Assembly: GCA_016860985.1 (NCBI GenBank)
Contig: BOKM01000001.1
Location: forward strand, 463,462 to 527,461
Direction: 5' to 3'
DNA from: Patescibacteria group bacterium
GTDB taxonomy: Bacteria; Patescibacteriota; Dojkabacteria; GCA-002793355
Length of the DNA stretch: 64,000 bases
The notes beneath the pieces are model-generated. The model had not been told where the DNA came from, searched no databases, and was given only the letters and a program-made list of their open reading frames with translations. Each line of letters begins with the position of its first letter. The first letter of the stretch is position 1. A program made the position numbers and the translations under genes. Of this stretch, positions 52,947 to 62,434 are shown in pieces.

Positions 52947-55883
52947 ATGGCACACAACGAATTTACACTCCCGAATGTCCGCAATTTTTACACTGACGTC
53001 GAACAACCTATTCTATCGTTTTGGAAAGAGAACAAAATCTTCGAAAAATCAGTAGATCAGCGCAGTGACAAGGATCGATTTGTATTCTACGACGGTCCTC
53101 CCTTTGTTACTGGTTTACCCCATTATGGGCACTTGCTTGCGAGCGTACTCAAAGACATCGTCCCTCGTTACCAAACAATGAAAGGCAAGAAAGTCGAGAG
53201 ACTCTGGGGTTGGGATTGTCACGGCATTCCAATTGAAGAGATGGTCGAAAGAAAATACAAAACAAAGAACCGAAGAGAAATCGAATCACGGGTTGGCATC
53301 AAAGAGTTTATAGAAGCCTGTGCGTCATATGTCACCGATGTTTCGGGAGAATGGGAGTGGTATATCGACAGAATCGCGCGCTGGGTCGATATGAAAAAAC
53401 CATACAGAACAATGGACCTTTCCTACATGGAAACAGTGATGTGGGTGTTTAAGCAATTCTACGAAAAAGGGTTAGTCTATAAAGGAAAACGCGTTTCTTT
53501 GTACTGCACCCGCTGTGGTACGCCTCTCTCAAACTTTGAAATCGCTATGGACAACTCGTACCGAGACCTTGAAGATCCTTCAGTATTTGTGAAATTCCCC
53601 GTCAAAGATGAAAAGAATACCTACATACTCGCATGGACAACAACACCATGGACTCTTCCGGCAAACAGTGCGTTGGTAGTTAATCAAGAGGCAGATTATG
53701 TAAAAGTAAAATCCGGCACCGATTCTATGTACCTTGCAAAAGCTCTCGTAGAAAAAGTCTTTAAAGATTTAGAATACACGGTAGAAGACGAAGTAAAAGG
53801 AGCAGCATTGATTGGGCTACATTACGAACCATTATTCAACTACTTTACTGCAGGGGAGCATGATTATCAGGTTTATCACGCAGATTTTGTCAGCATGGAA
53901 GAAGGTACAGGAATAATCCACATGGCTCCTGGATTTGGTGAGGACGACACTGCGCTCGGAAAGCAAATCGGGTTATCCATGCACGAAACAATCGACGACG
54001 AAGGAAGGCTTATACCCGAAGTTACTGATTATGCAGGCAAGTACTTTAAAGAAGCCGATCCATTTATCTCCGAAGACTTAACAAAGCGAGGTCTTATGCT
54101 AAAAGCGGAGCGAATCGTTCACAGTTATCCTATCTGTCACCGATGCAAAACACCTCTTGTTTATAAAGCACAGGACTCTTGGTATGTGAATATCCAGCAA
54201 ATTAAGGACCAACTCTACAAAAACAACGAAAATATCAACTGGATTCCAGAACATATCAAACACGGAAGATTTGAAGATGCGATTAAAACCTTCCCAGATT
54301 GGGGTATTTCAAGAACTCGTTATTGGGCAACTCCGATGCCAATTTGGGAATGTGACTCCTGTGACCACCAGGAAGTGTTAGGCTCAGTAGCAGAAATTGA
54401 AGAGCGATCAGGCAAAAAAGTTACAGACCTTCATCGTCCATACATAGATGAGCATACGTACGCTTGTAAAAAGTGTGAGAAAGGAACAATGAAGCGTGTC
54501 GCAGAGGTTGTTGATAGCTGGTTGGAATCAGCCTCCATGCCGTTTGCGCAATTCCACTATCCCTTTGAAAACAAAGAAAAGTTTGAAGCCAACTTCCCCG
54601 GTGATTTTATTACCGAATACGTGGGGCAAACGAGAGCTTGGTTTAACGTGATGCACGTGGTTTCAACTATACTTTTCGGTACAAATGCCTTCAACAATGT
54701 AATCTGCACAGGCGTTATCAAAGGAACCGATGGCCAAAAAATGAGTAAAAGCCTTGGCAACTACCCAGACCCTCGAGGTGTTATCGAAAAATACGGTGGC
54801 GACGCATTCAGACTCTATATTGCAGGAAGCGTATTACCATTAGGTGAGGACTTGAACGTTTCTGAAGAATCAATATCTGCCCCCGGAAAAGAGATTCTCA
54901 TGCCACTAATGAATACATACAAGTACTTTGCGTTATACGCCAATCAACATACCTTTGCTTTTGACCAAAATGCAAAATCGGAGCATGTACTCGATAGGTG
55001 GATTCTTGCACGTGTTAATTCTGTTGTTAGAACAATAGATTCAATGATTGCCGGATATACACTTCCAAAGGCAATTGCAGAGATTAAGCCCCTTGTAGAC
55101 GACATTTCCACTTGGTACATCCGAAGATCCCGAGATCGTTTTGTTGAGGGTGATAACAATGCATTGCAAACGTTATATCAAGTACTTCTTCTTGTGGTTA
55201 CCGCAATAGCACCAATCTCACCGTTTATAGCAGAGTATCTTTACCAAGAGTTAAAACGTGCGTTACCTACAGACCTTCAACAGGAATCAGTGCACCTACT
55301 CCTTTTCCCGTCACTTGCAGAGCAAACTGCAGAAGAACAATCAGTCCTAGCAACAATGGAACTTGCACGAAAGGCTGCATCGCTTGGGCAAAGTATTCGA
55401 GTAGAAAAAGCAATTGCACTCAAACAACCGCTTAGCCAAATGTTAGTTAATACAAAGGAGAAGCTCACAGCAGAATACCTAGACCTTTTATCAGAAGAGC
55501 TTAATGTTCAGGAGACACTCGCCGTGACCGAATTAACAGAAAAAGAGTTTTTGGCGGTTAAGAAAGATCAAGGAATAGAAGTCGGCTTAAATCTCGAAAT
55601 TACACCAGAACTTGCAGAAAAAGGGTTACTTCGCGAAGTGACAAGAGCGATCCAAGCCTCAAGAAAGAATGCTTCTCTCCAAATCGGGCAACATGCAAAG
55701 GTGCGAATTTTCACAGAAAGTACCGCAATCAAGGAACTTGTTGCAAAATACGGCACAGAGCTAAAGCAGGGAACACTCCTCGAAAGCATCGATACCGTTC
55801 AGCAACCACTTGGTGAAAACGCATTTACAGCAGCTGTAGGGCCACAGAAAGAGCAATTATCCATTGAAGTCACGCCACTTTAG
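52947..55883 (+). CDS. ileS: Isoleucyl-tRNA synthetase (type 2, eukaryote-like)
   Basis: 'PPFVTGLPHYGHLL' (HIGH), 'GQKMSKSLGN' (KMSKS) and a CP1 editing region. 978 aa. Confidence 0.96.
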   Translation: MAHNEFTLPNVRNFYTDVEQPILSFWKENKIFEKSVDQRSDKDRFVFYDGPPFVTGLPHYGHLLASVLKDIVPRYQTMKGKKVERLWGWDCHGIPIEEMVERKYKTKNRREIESRVGIKEFIEACASYVTDVSGEWEWYIDRIARWVDMKKPYRTMDLSYMETVMWVFKQFYEKGLVYKGKRVSLYCTRCGTPLSNFEIAMDNSYRDLEDPSVFVKFPVKDEKNTYILAWTTTPWTLPANSALVVNQEADYVKVKSGTDSMYLAKALVEKVFKDLEYTVEDEVKGAALIGLHYEPLFNYFTAGEHDYQVYHADFVSMEEGTGIIHMAPGFGEDDTALGKQIGLSMHETIDDEGRLIPEVTDYAGKYFKEADPFISEDLTKRGLMLKAERIVHSYPICHRCKTPLVYKAQDSWYVNIQQIKDQLYKNNENINWIPEHIKHGRFEDAIKTFPDWGISRTRYWATPMPIWECDSCDHQEVLGSVAEIEERSGKKVTDLHRPYIDEHTYACKKCEKGTMKRVAEVVDSWLESASMPFAQFHYPFENKEKFEANFPGDFITEYVGQTRAWFNVMHVVSTILFGTNAFNNVICTGVIKGTDGQKMSKSLGNYPDPRGVIEKYGGDAFRLYIAGSVLPLGEDLNVSEESISAPGKEILMPLMNTYKYFALYANQHTFAFDQNAKSEHVLDRWILARVNSVVRTIDSMIAGYTLPKAIAEIKPLVDDISTWYIRRSRDRFVEGDNNALQTLYQVLLLVVTAIAPISPFIAEYLYQELKRALPTDLQQESVHLLLFPSLAEQTAEEQSVLATMELARKAASLGQSIRVEKAIALKQPLSQMLVNTKEKLTAEYLDLLSEELNVQETLAVTELTEKEFLAVKKDQGIEVGLNLEITPELAEKGLLREVTRAIQASRKNASLQIGQHAKVRIFTESTAIKELVAKYGTELKQGTLLESIDTVQQPLGENAFTAAVGPQKEQLSIEVTPL

Positions 55884-56700
55884 CGAAAGAGAACCGAAAA
55901 AGGGGTACTGAAGCTAAAAATAAGCGAACCGACTGATCTTTTGACAACGTATCAAGCATTACGGTTGTTGTTGCTCCGGTTGTAATTACATCATCTACGA
56001 CAATCACTACCTCTGGAGCGAGTGAGATGAGGTTGGGGACTTGAAAAGCATTGAGGGAATATTCACTGTTTAGCGTTAACAACCGCTGTTGTCGGGTTTT
56101 TTTTGCTTGCGCTATGCTGCCTTCACGTTTTTTCAGAATTTCTTGCGAAATATAACAATTACATGCAAAGTTATCGCGAAGATATCTTCCGAGCAGAATC
56201 GCTAATTCTCGCGCGGGCGAAAAACCTCGTTCAGTATATTTATTGCGTGACATAGGGACCGGAAGGAGCAGTATTCTCAAGTCTTTCCATTTTTCGAAGC
56301 ATGAAACAATGTAATTAAACGGATCTAGCCGAAAGTACGACTGAATCATCAAGGCAATCTCATTAAAAAGATGATAACAACCCTTGTATTTATAGGTGGA
56401 GAGAAGATATTTTACAGTTTTTGCATACTCAAAGCAAGAAATCGTCTGGGCATAAGTTAATCGTTTTGTCTGACATATCGAATGAAGCAACCCTTTTTCC
56501 GAGAATTGATTGCATTCAGCACAGGAGGGAGTGGAAAAAAGAAATTGCTCTGCGCATGTACAACAAAGAGGGTACACTTCGTGGTTACAAGCAGCACAAG
56601 TAAAAAGCCCACAGTTTCGTGAAACAAAATACGATATTCGAGAAAAAAGATTTTCTGTGTACAAATTGTATTCAGACAGCAGGGCAAAATCTTTTCTCAC
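55870..56700 (-). CDS. comF: ComF-family protein (phosphoribosyltransferase domain with N-terminal Cys-rich region)
   Basis: N-terminal CxxC pairs ('CAACNHEV', 'CAECNQ') and a C-terminal PRTase motif 'VVIVVDDVITTGATT'. Confidence 0.8.
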   Translation of the reverse strand: MRKDFALLSEYNLYTENLFSRISYFVSRNCGLFTCAACNHEVYPLCCTCAEQFLFSTPSCAECNQFSEKGLLHSICQTKRLTYAQTISCFEYAKTVKYLLSTYKYKGCYHLFNEIALMIQSYFRLDPFNYIVSCFEKWKDLRILLLPVPMSRNKYTERGFSPARELAILLGRYLRDNFACNCYISQEILKKREGSIAQAKKTRQQRLLTLNSEYSLNAFQVPNLISLAPEVVIVVDDVITTGATTTVMLDTLSKDQSVRLFLASVPLFRFSFAKVA

Positions 56701-56727
56701 ACAAAGAATATATAGCCCAAATTATGA

Positions 56728-57408
56728 CTATGTTCTCTTTTTTAGCAAAAAATACTGAAAACTCCTCCCTTTTCGAATCCATTTTTGGTGAAAATGCGTG
56801 ATAGGGAGCCCAAACTTGGGCGCTTCATACACACCATCCTCGACAGAGTATTTCGTGGTGACTTCATTCGCCTGACTGGCTATAAACTTGCTGTAATCGT
56901 CCCAATCTGTGGCAATAAGTATTTCACCATTTGATTTGAGATAGGGATATACTTTTTCAAAAAATTCTTTGGTAATTGGTCTTCGTTTGGCATGCTTTTT
57001 CTTGTGCCAAGGGTCGGGAAAGAGAATCACAATTCGAGAAATTGAATCCGGAGCATAATGCAAATCGAGTGACTCGTATCCGCTTCCTTTATAGACAAAA
57101 ACGTCAGAGCGTTTACGAATTTTACGTTTTGTAAGCAAGTAAAAACGTGCCTTAATTTCATACCCGACAGTAACGGACCTTGCAGAATCATTTGCTAAAA
57201 GCACCTCTCCGTGTCCTGAGCCAATTTCAACTTGCAGTGACCTCCCTTGAGCTATTGCACTCCAGTTTACTGGCGAAGGAAGTTTTTGATACTCAATATT
57301 CTTAAGTTTTTCAACAGTTGGTCTAAAGAAAAAGCTTTGAATTCTCTTGGTGATACGTTTAAACACATCTCTACTTGTTTTTTTGAGTAACCACCAATTT
57401 CTTTTCAC
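56728..57408 (-). CDS. trmB: tRNA (guanine46-N7)-methyltransferase
   Basis: 'VEIGSGHGEVLL' and 'ILFPDPWHKKKHAKRR' are TrmB signatures. GTG start. Confidence 0.9.
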   Translation of the reverse strand: MKRNWWLLKKTSRDVFKRITKRIQSFFFRPTVEKLKNIEYQKLPSPVNWSAIAQGRSLQVEIGSGHGEVLLANDSARSVTVGYEIKARFYLLTKRKIRKRSDVFVYKGSGYESLDLHYAPDSISRIVILFPDPWHKKKHAKRRPITKEFFEKVYPYLKSNGEILIATDWDDYSKFIASQANEVTTKYSVEDGVYEAPKFGLPITHFHQKWIRKGRSFQYFLLKKRT

Positions 57409-57459
57409 AATATCGTGCTATAATTGAATTGTTAGATTATATCGCATTATTGGGCAACA

Positions 57460-58665
57460 ATGAATAACCGACGCGAAGATTTTCCCTTACTAAAACGGCA
57501 CCTTAATGGTTTTCCACTTATTTACTTTGATAATGCTGCGACCTCACTAAAACCAAAACAAGTGATTTCTGCGATAAGCTCCCATTACGAAACACTTGGC
57601 GGAAATCCAGGCAGAGGAACACACGAGCTGGCATTTGAAACTTCGAAAAAAATAGCGCAAACCAGGCAACTCATTCTCCGCTTCCTAAATGCAGATGACT
57701 CTTATACGGTACTTTTTACAAAAAACGCGACAGAAGGGTTTAACCTTGTCGCACAATCTATAGGCAAAGATCCTGCGATTAATGCTGTAATCACGACCGA
57801 ACTTGAGCACCATTCTAACCTCGTTCCTTGGCTGCAATATGTAAAAGACAAAAAGATAGTTGTGGTTCCCATAAGTTCCGATGGACTCCTGAAAGAAGAA
57901 ATTATTGAACAAACACTTAAAAATGAAAAAGGTAGCGACCTGCTTGCAATAACACTCGCCTCCAACGTAACTGGTCAAACGATCTCATTCGACAAAATCC
58001 TTCCCATGGCACGTGCAAAAAACGATGTCGTCCTTGTTGACGCAACACAGGCTATTGGGCATAAGAAAATTAGCTTAAACGATACCCCTTTCGATTTTCT
58101 TGTTGCTTCAGGTCATAAAATGTTTGGACCAGAGGGGATTGGTTTTGTGGTTCTAAAAAAACTGCATCTCCCCCGTATGATTCCGCTTTTATATGGTGGA
58201 GGAGCAATTAAAACAGTGTCTACTCAAAGCTTTAAACTCCTCGAGGACTTAGAGAAATTTGAAGCAGGGACTCCCCACTCAGCGGGTATAAGCGGACTTC
58301 ATGCTGCCATTACCTACATTCAAGAGATTGGGATAGACGCTATATATGCCTACGAATCTGAACTAAAAGAATACCTTATCCAAAAGCTTACAAAGCTTCC
58401 GAGTTGTCGCGTTTTAGGAGAAAACGTACCACATGGAAGCCCAATATGTAGCTTTGTTCACGAAACACTCCACCCACACGATATTGCAGAATATCTGAAT
58501 GAACACGGCGTTGCTGTAAGGGCAGGGCTACACTGTGCAGAACCATTACATAAAGCACTCAAGGTGCAGGGAAGTACCAGATTAAGTCTTTCTATCGCAA
58601 ATACAAAAGAAGAAATTGATTATGTTATTTCATTGTTAACAGCATGCTTTCAGAAATACGCATAA
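57460..58665 (+). CDS. sufS: Cysteine desulfurase (class V aminotransferase, SufS-like)
   Basis: 'IYFDNAATSLKP', PLP-Lys 'SGHKMFGPEGIG' and catalytic Cys 'RAGLHCAEP'. Confidence 0.88.
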   Translation: MNNRREDFPLLKRHLNGFPLIYFDNAATSLKPKQVISAISSHYETLGGNPGRGTHELAFETSKKIAQTRQLILRFLNADDSYTVLFTKNATEGFNLVAQSIGKDPAINAVITTELEHHSNLVPWLQYVKDKKIVVVPISSDGLLKEEIIEQTLKNEKGSDLLAITLASNVTGQTISFDKILPMARAKNDVVLVDATQAIGHKKISLNDTPFDFLVASGHKMFGPEGIGFVVLKKLHLPRMIPLLYGGGAIKTVSTQSFKLLEDLEKFEAGTPHSAGISGLHAAITYIQEIGIDAIYAYESELKEYLIQKLTKLPSCRVLGENVPHGSPICSFVHETLHPHDIAEYLNEHGVAVRAGLHCAEPLHKALKVQGSTRLSLSIANTKEEIDYVISLLTACFQKYA

Positions 58666-59267
58666 AACCACGCCTCCCGAGGATGATAACAAAATCAATT
58701 AAAGAGGTAATTGGTTTAATCGTCCTTTTTATAATTGGTAGTATATTGCTACTCCAGCTTCCTACCCAACAGCCTGCACCTTACGAGGATACCTACAAAT
58801 ATTTAAGCAGTACAGGCCAACTATACCAAGATGTCGCGATTGCAAAGGAAAAGAACTTAGAAAAAGTGTATGTAGAAGAAATTACAGACGGAGACACTAT
58901 AAAAGTTACTCGAGCAGATGGTTCCAAAGCAATAATCAGATATATCGGCATTGATACCCCAGAGATTAAACACAGAGAAGGTGAAATAAATGAGAAGTAC
59001 GGGCAAGAAGCAACTAGTGTCAATGCGTGGTTGGTATATAACAAAGAAGTATATCTGCAAAAGGATGCTGCAGAAACGGACAAATATGGAAGACTACTTC
59101 GTTATGTTTACCTTGAAGACGGCACTATGGTTAACTACGTGTTAATTCGTTTGGGCTATGCAACTATCATGACCATTCCACCGAATGTTGCTTTTCAGCA
59201 ACAATTTTATGCAGCACAGGAGCTTGCAAAAACGGAAGGGCGCAACCTTTTCGCACCAACAGAATAA
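58644..59267 (+). CDS. Membrane-anchored thermonuclease (staphylococcal nuclease/SNase-like)
   Basis: TM segment 'VIGLIVLFIIGSILLL'. 'DGDTIKV', 'IRYIGIDTPE', 'YGQEAT' and 'DKYGRLLRYVY' are SNase motifs. An alternative start is ATG 58683. Confidence 0.82.
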   Translation: MLSEIRIKPRLPRMITKSIKEVIGLIVLFIIGSILLLQLPTQQPAPYEDTYKYLSSTGQLYQDVAIAKEKNLEKVYVEEITDGDTIKVTRADGSKAIIRYIGIDTPEIKHREGEINEKYGQEATSVNAWLVYNKEVYLQKDAAETDKYGRLLRYVYLEDGTMVNYVLIRLGYATIMTIPPNVAFQQQFYAAQELAKTEGRNLFAPTE

Positions 59268-59289
59268 CCAGCTGAGTCGATGAAAATAG

Positions 59290-59298
59290 TGTTATAAT
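59290..59298 (+). promoter_or_regulatory. Extended -10 box TGtTATAAT, 8 nt upstream of the small ORF preceding murJ
   Basis: TG at 59290-59291 and TATAAT at 59293-59298; the ATG is at 59307. Confidence 0.4.
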
Positions 59299-59306
59299 GA
59301 TTCAAA

Positions 59307-59453
59307 ATGCTCGGATTTTTGAGAAAAAATGATGTATTGCTCTTCTGGACTGCGTTTGTGATACTTTCATTCATTTGTTACGGAGGGTTCACTTACATGT
59401 TTAGCAGGTATTCACCTCCAACCGAAGCGGAACTTATTTTGAAAATCAAATAA
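59307..59453 (+). CDS. Small hydrophobic protein (48 aa) translationally coupled to murJ
   Basis: This ORF is too short for the ORF track. It encodes MLGFLRKNDVLLFWTAFVILSFICYGGFTYMFSRYSPPTEAELILKIK with one predicted TM segment. Its stop overlaps the murJ start as TAATG. Confidence 0.4.
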   Translation: MLGFLRKNDVLLFWTAFVILSFICYGGFTYMFSRYSPPTEAELILKIK

Positions 59454-61225
59454 TGACTATCGCCTCACTTAAAGAGAAAATATCACACTTTGAATCCAAG
59501 CTGATTTCAATTTCTATTTTGATCGGGAGCTTGTCAATTATTAGTAAACTCCTTGGTTTCTTTAAAGTTCACCTTATTGCCCGACTTTTTGGTACAAGCA
59601 AAGAGAGTGACATTTTCTATGCCGCCTTTGCTCTCCCTGATCTTGTTTTTGCATTGCTTGTTGTTGGAACAGTTAACGCAGCGCTTGTGCCGATTTTCAT
59701 CAAAATTATTAAAAAGAAAGAAGATAAAACGTTACATACAACCCTAAATACCGTTATTACACTGCTTTTTGTAACAATGTTGGTGCTTTTGGGGACGCTT
59801 TATTTTCTAATGCCCTCGATAACTTCTTGGATATTTTCCAGCAAAGAAGTATTAAAAGCTTTTGACCTAAGCTTAGATCTTCCTAGAGGGAGCAACGAGT
59901 ACTATCAAAACCTATTTGTTAACCTTTCACGATTAATGTTGGTTTCGCCCTTACTCCTTTCGGTAAGCAGTGTATTTGGGGCATATTTGCAAGCCCATAA
60001 ACGCTTTATTTCCACCGCGATAGCCCCTTTAATGTATAACATTGGAATTGTTATCGGCATTGCCTTTTTCGTGAAGTTCGCGCCACAGTATGGAGTATAT
60101 GCGTTAAGTTATTCAGTTCTTATCGGCACAATGCTGCACTTTATTACGCAGTTAATCGGAGTATTAAACCTGCACGATAACGATTTTTCCTGGTCTTTTT
60201 CAGTCAATTCCTACGTCAAAGATATTGCGAAACTTTCTCTTCCTAGAATTTTTGGCTTAGCAGTCGAGCAAACTGCTATTATGTTCAACACCTTTTGGGG
60301 TTTTACTCTTGGAACTGGGGCGCTTTCTGTGTTCAAATTTGCAAGTACCCTTTATCTAGTACCGGTAGACCTGTTGTCTGGTACCTTTTTGCAATTGGTT
60401 TTTCCACGATTAAACGAGCGAGCGCACGAAGATGACAATTACCGCTCGCTTAACAAGCTCTACTGGAGGACTCTTATATTGTTAGTGCTTATTGCACTGC
60501 CAATTATTATTCTTTTTATTGTACTTCGACTCCCTATTGTACGTCTTGTGCTTGGGGCAGGTCGTTTTACATGGACCGCAACACTCGTAACTAGTTTTAC
60601 ACTCGCGTTCTTTACACCGGCAATTCTTTTACAAGCGTTAGCTGCCCTAAACATTAGGACTTTTTATGCAATTAACAACACTAAAACACCGCTTGTCATC
60701 AGTATTGTTGGAGTAGTATTAAATATTCTTTTTAGCATTGGCTTTACAAACTTCTTCTCGCATTCAACTCAGATAAAAGCTCTTTCTTTAGGGAATCTTG
60801 TAAACCTTCAATCCATTGAACAGTTGTTAAGCTGGTTTACCACAAGAGGCGACTCGTTTGGTGCAGTTGCAGGTTTAGCTTTTGGTATTTCTGTGGGCCT
60901 GTTTGTTGAGGTTGCAGTGAGTTTTTGGCTCCTTTCTCGTAAAACAAAATTGTGGCAACACGCAAAAGCAGAACAAAAGCCAATTACTTCGATTAAGACG
61001 ATGGTATTTGCATCGATTGTGACGCTGCTTATTACCTACGGAATGTATAAGATTGCAGATATTGGCATTGACACAAGTAGAGCGCTGGGCGTCTTAACCG
61101 TCGGTGCCTTTACCAGTATTCCTTGTTTAATTGTCTATGGCTACCTTACACGCTATGTGTGGAATGATTATGTGCACATATCAAAGATAAAAGAAAAGGT
61201 TTCGAAAATTTTCAAGAGAAAATAA
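59453..61225 (+). CDS. murJ: Lipid II flippase MurJ (MviN family)
   Basis: 'SKLLGFFKVHLIARLFGTSKESDIFYAAFALPD' and a 14-TM-like topology. 590 aa. Confidence 0.9.
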   Translation: MTIASLKEKISHFESKLISISILIGSLSIISKLLGFFKVHLIARLFGTSKESDIFYAAFALPDLVFALLVVGTVNAALVPIFIKIIKKKEDKTLHTTLNTVITLLFVTMLVLLGTLYFLMPSITSWIFSSKEVLKAFDLSLDLPRGSNEYYQNLFVNLSRLMLVSPLLLSVSSVFGAYLQAHKRFISTAIAPLMYNIGIVIGIAFFVKFAPQYGVYALSYSVLIGTMLHFITQLIGVLNLHDNDFSWSFSVNSYVKDIAKLSLPRIFGLAVEQTAIMFNTFWGFTLGTGALSVFKFASTLYLVPVDLLSGTFLQLVFPRLNERAHEDDNYRSLNKLYWRTLILLVLIALPIIILFIVLRLPIVRLVLGAGRFTWTATLVTSFTLAFFTPAILLQALAALNIRTFYAINNTKTPLVISIVGVVLNILFSIGFTNFFSHSTQIKALSLGNLVNLQSIEQLLSWFTTRGDSFGAVAGLAFGISVGLFVEVAVSFWLLSRKTKLWQHAKAEQKPITSIKTMVFASIVTLLITYGMYKIADIGIDTSRALGVLTVGAFTSIPCLIVYGYLTRYVWNDYVHISKIKEKVSKIFKRK

Positions 61226-61258
61226 ACTGATCACTGAACGGCACACTCTTTTGGTAAC

Positions 61259-62413
61259 TTAGAAACAATCCGAGTAAATCGCCCTCATCTGTTCTTCGTT
61301 CAGTGGAATTTCTCCCATTGGGTCACGATTAACGGCCTTTTCCACAAGCTTCGCAACCTCAGTAGAGGAGATTCCCCATTCAGAAAAGGTCATTTTGACA
61401 CCCAAACTCTCAAAAAATTCACTTGTCTTGTTTATGGCTTGTTGCGCTACTTCCTCGTTTGTACCTGACAATCCCCATACACGACGCCCATATTGTGCCA
61501 TTTTAGCGAGTTTTTGAGTCAACCCAATATGCTTCATCCACCGTGGCGTAATTACCGCTAAACCAGCTGCATGGGGAATATCATAAAAGCCACTAACAAC
61601 ATGCTCTAATTCGTGCGTAGCCCAGTCTTGGCCAACACCAGAGCCGATCAGATTATTAAGCGCCATTGAAGCAGCAAACGCAATATTCGCACGTGCGGAA
61701 TAGGAGGTAGGTTCTTTCAGCACTACTGGCCCCCATTCGATTAGGGTTAACATGAGCCCTTCTGCGAACCTGTCCTGCACTGTTGCATGTTCAGTTTGAT
61801 TAATATATTGCTCCAATATATGTGAAAACGTATCAATTACCCCATATGCAGATTGATCGACAGGCAGAGAATACTGAAACTCAGGATTCACAATTGAAAA
61901 GACGGGATTGACCTTTACAGTGGAAAAATAGTCTTTCTCGTTTGTTTCCCATTTTGTAATAACCGAACCGCCGTTTACCTCAGAAGCCGTTGCAGAAATC
62001 GTAAGTACTGTTGCCAAAGGAATAATTTTTGCTGCAATTTTTTCGCCTTTTGTCGCGATTACATCCCATGCGTCACCATCATAATAGGTAGCTGCAGCAA
62101 TAAGTTTAGAGCCATCTATCGTACTTCCTCCACCAACAGCAAGAATAATATCTGGCTGAAATTCTTTTGCTTGGGCGATAGCTTTTCGCAAGGTCTCAAC
62201 ACGTGGATTTGGCTCAATTCCGCCAAACTCTTGTACGTCAAAATCAGTGAGTTGCTGCATCACTTTGTCGTAGATACCATTCTTTTTAATACTTCCACCA
62301 CCGTAGGTTACAAAAACTTTTTTGCCAATCTTTGCTGTCTCGCTTGCTAATGAGTCGAGTGCGTTTTTACCAAAAATGTAATTTGTTGGATTATAAAATG
62401 AGAAATCTTCCAT
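61259..62413 (-). CDS. Iron-containing (group III) alcohol dehydrogenase, YqhD/butanol dehydrogenase-like
   Basis: 'ILAVGGGSTIDGSK' and histidine-rich metal site motifs ('DTFSHILEQ', 'ATHELEH'). 384 aa. Confidence 0.88.
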   Translation of the reverse strand: MEDFSFYNPTNYIFGKNALDSLASETAKIGKKVFVTYGGGSIKKNGIYDKVMQQLTDFDVQEFGGIEPNPRVETLRKAIAQAKEFQPDIILAVGGGSTIDGSKLIAAATYYDGDAWDVIATKGEKIAAKIIPLATVLTISATASEVNGGSVITKWETNEKDYFSTVKVNPVFSIVNPEFQYSLPVDQSAYGVIDTFSHILEQYINQTEHATVQDRFAEGLMLTLIEWGPVVLKEPTSYSARANIAFAASMALNNLIGSGVGQDWATHELEHVVSGFYDIPHAAGLAVITPRWMKHIGLTQKLAKMAQYGRRVWGLSGTNEEVAQQAINKTSEFFESLGVKMTFSEWGISSTEVAKLVEKAVNRDPMGEIPLNEEQMRAIYSDCF

Positions 62414-62434
62414 TATTCGTATGAATAAGTTTAT

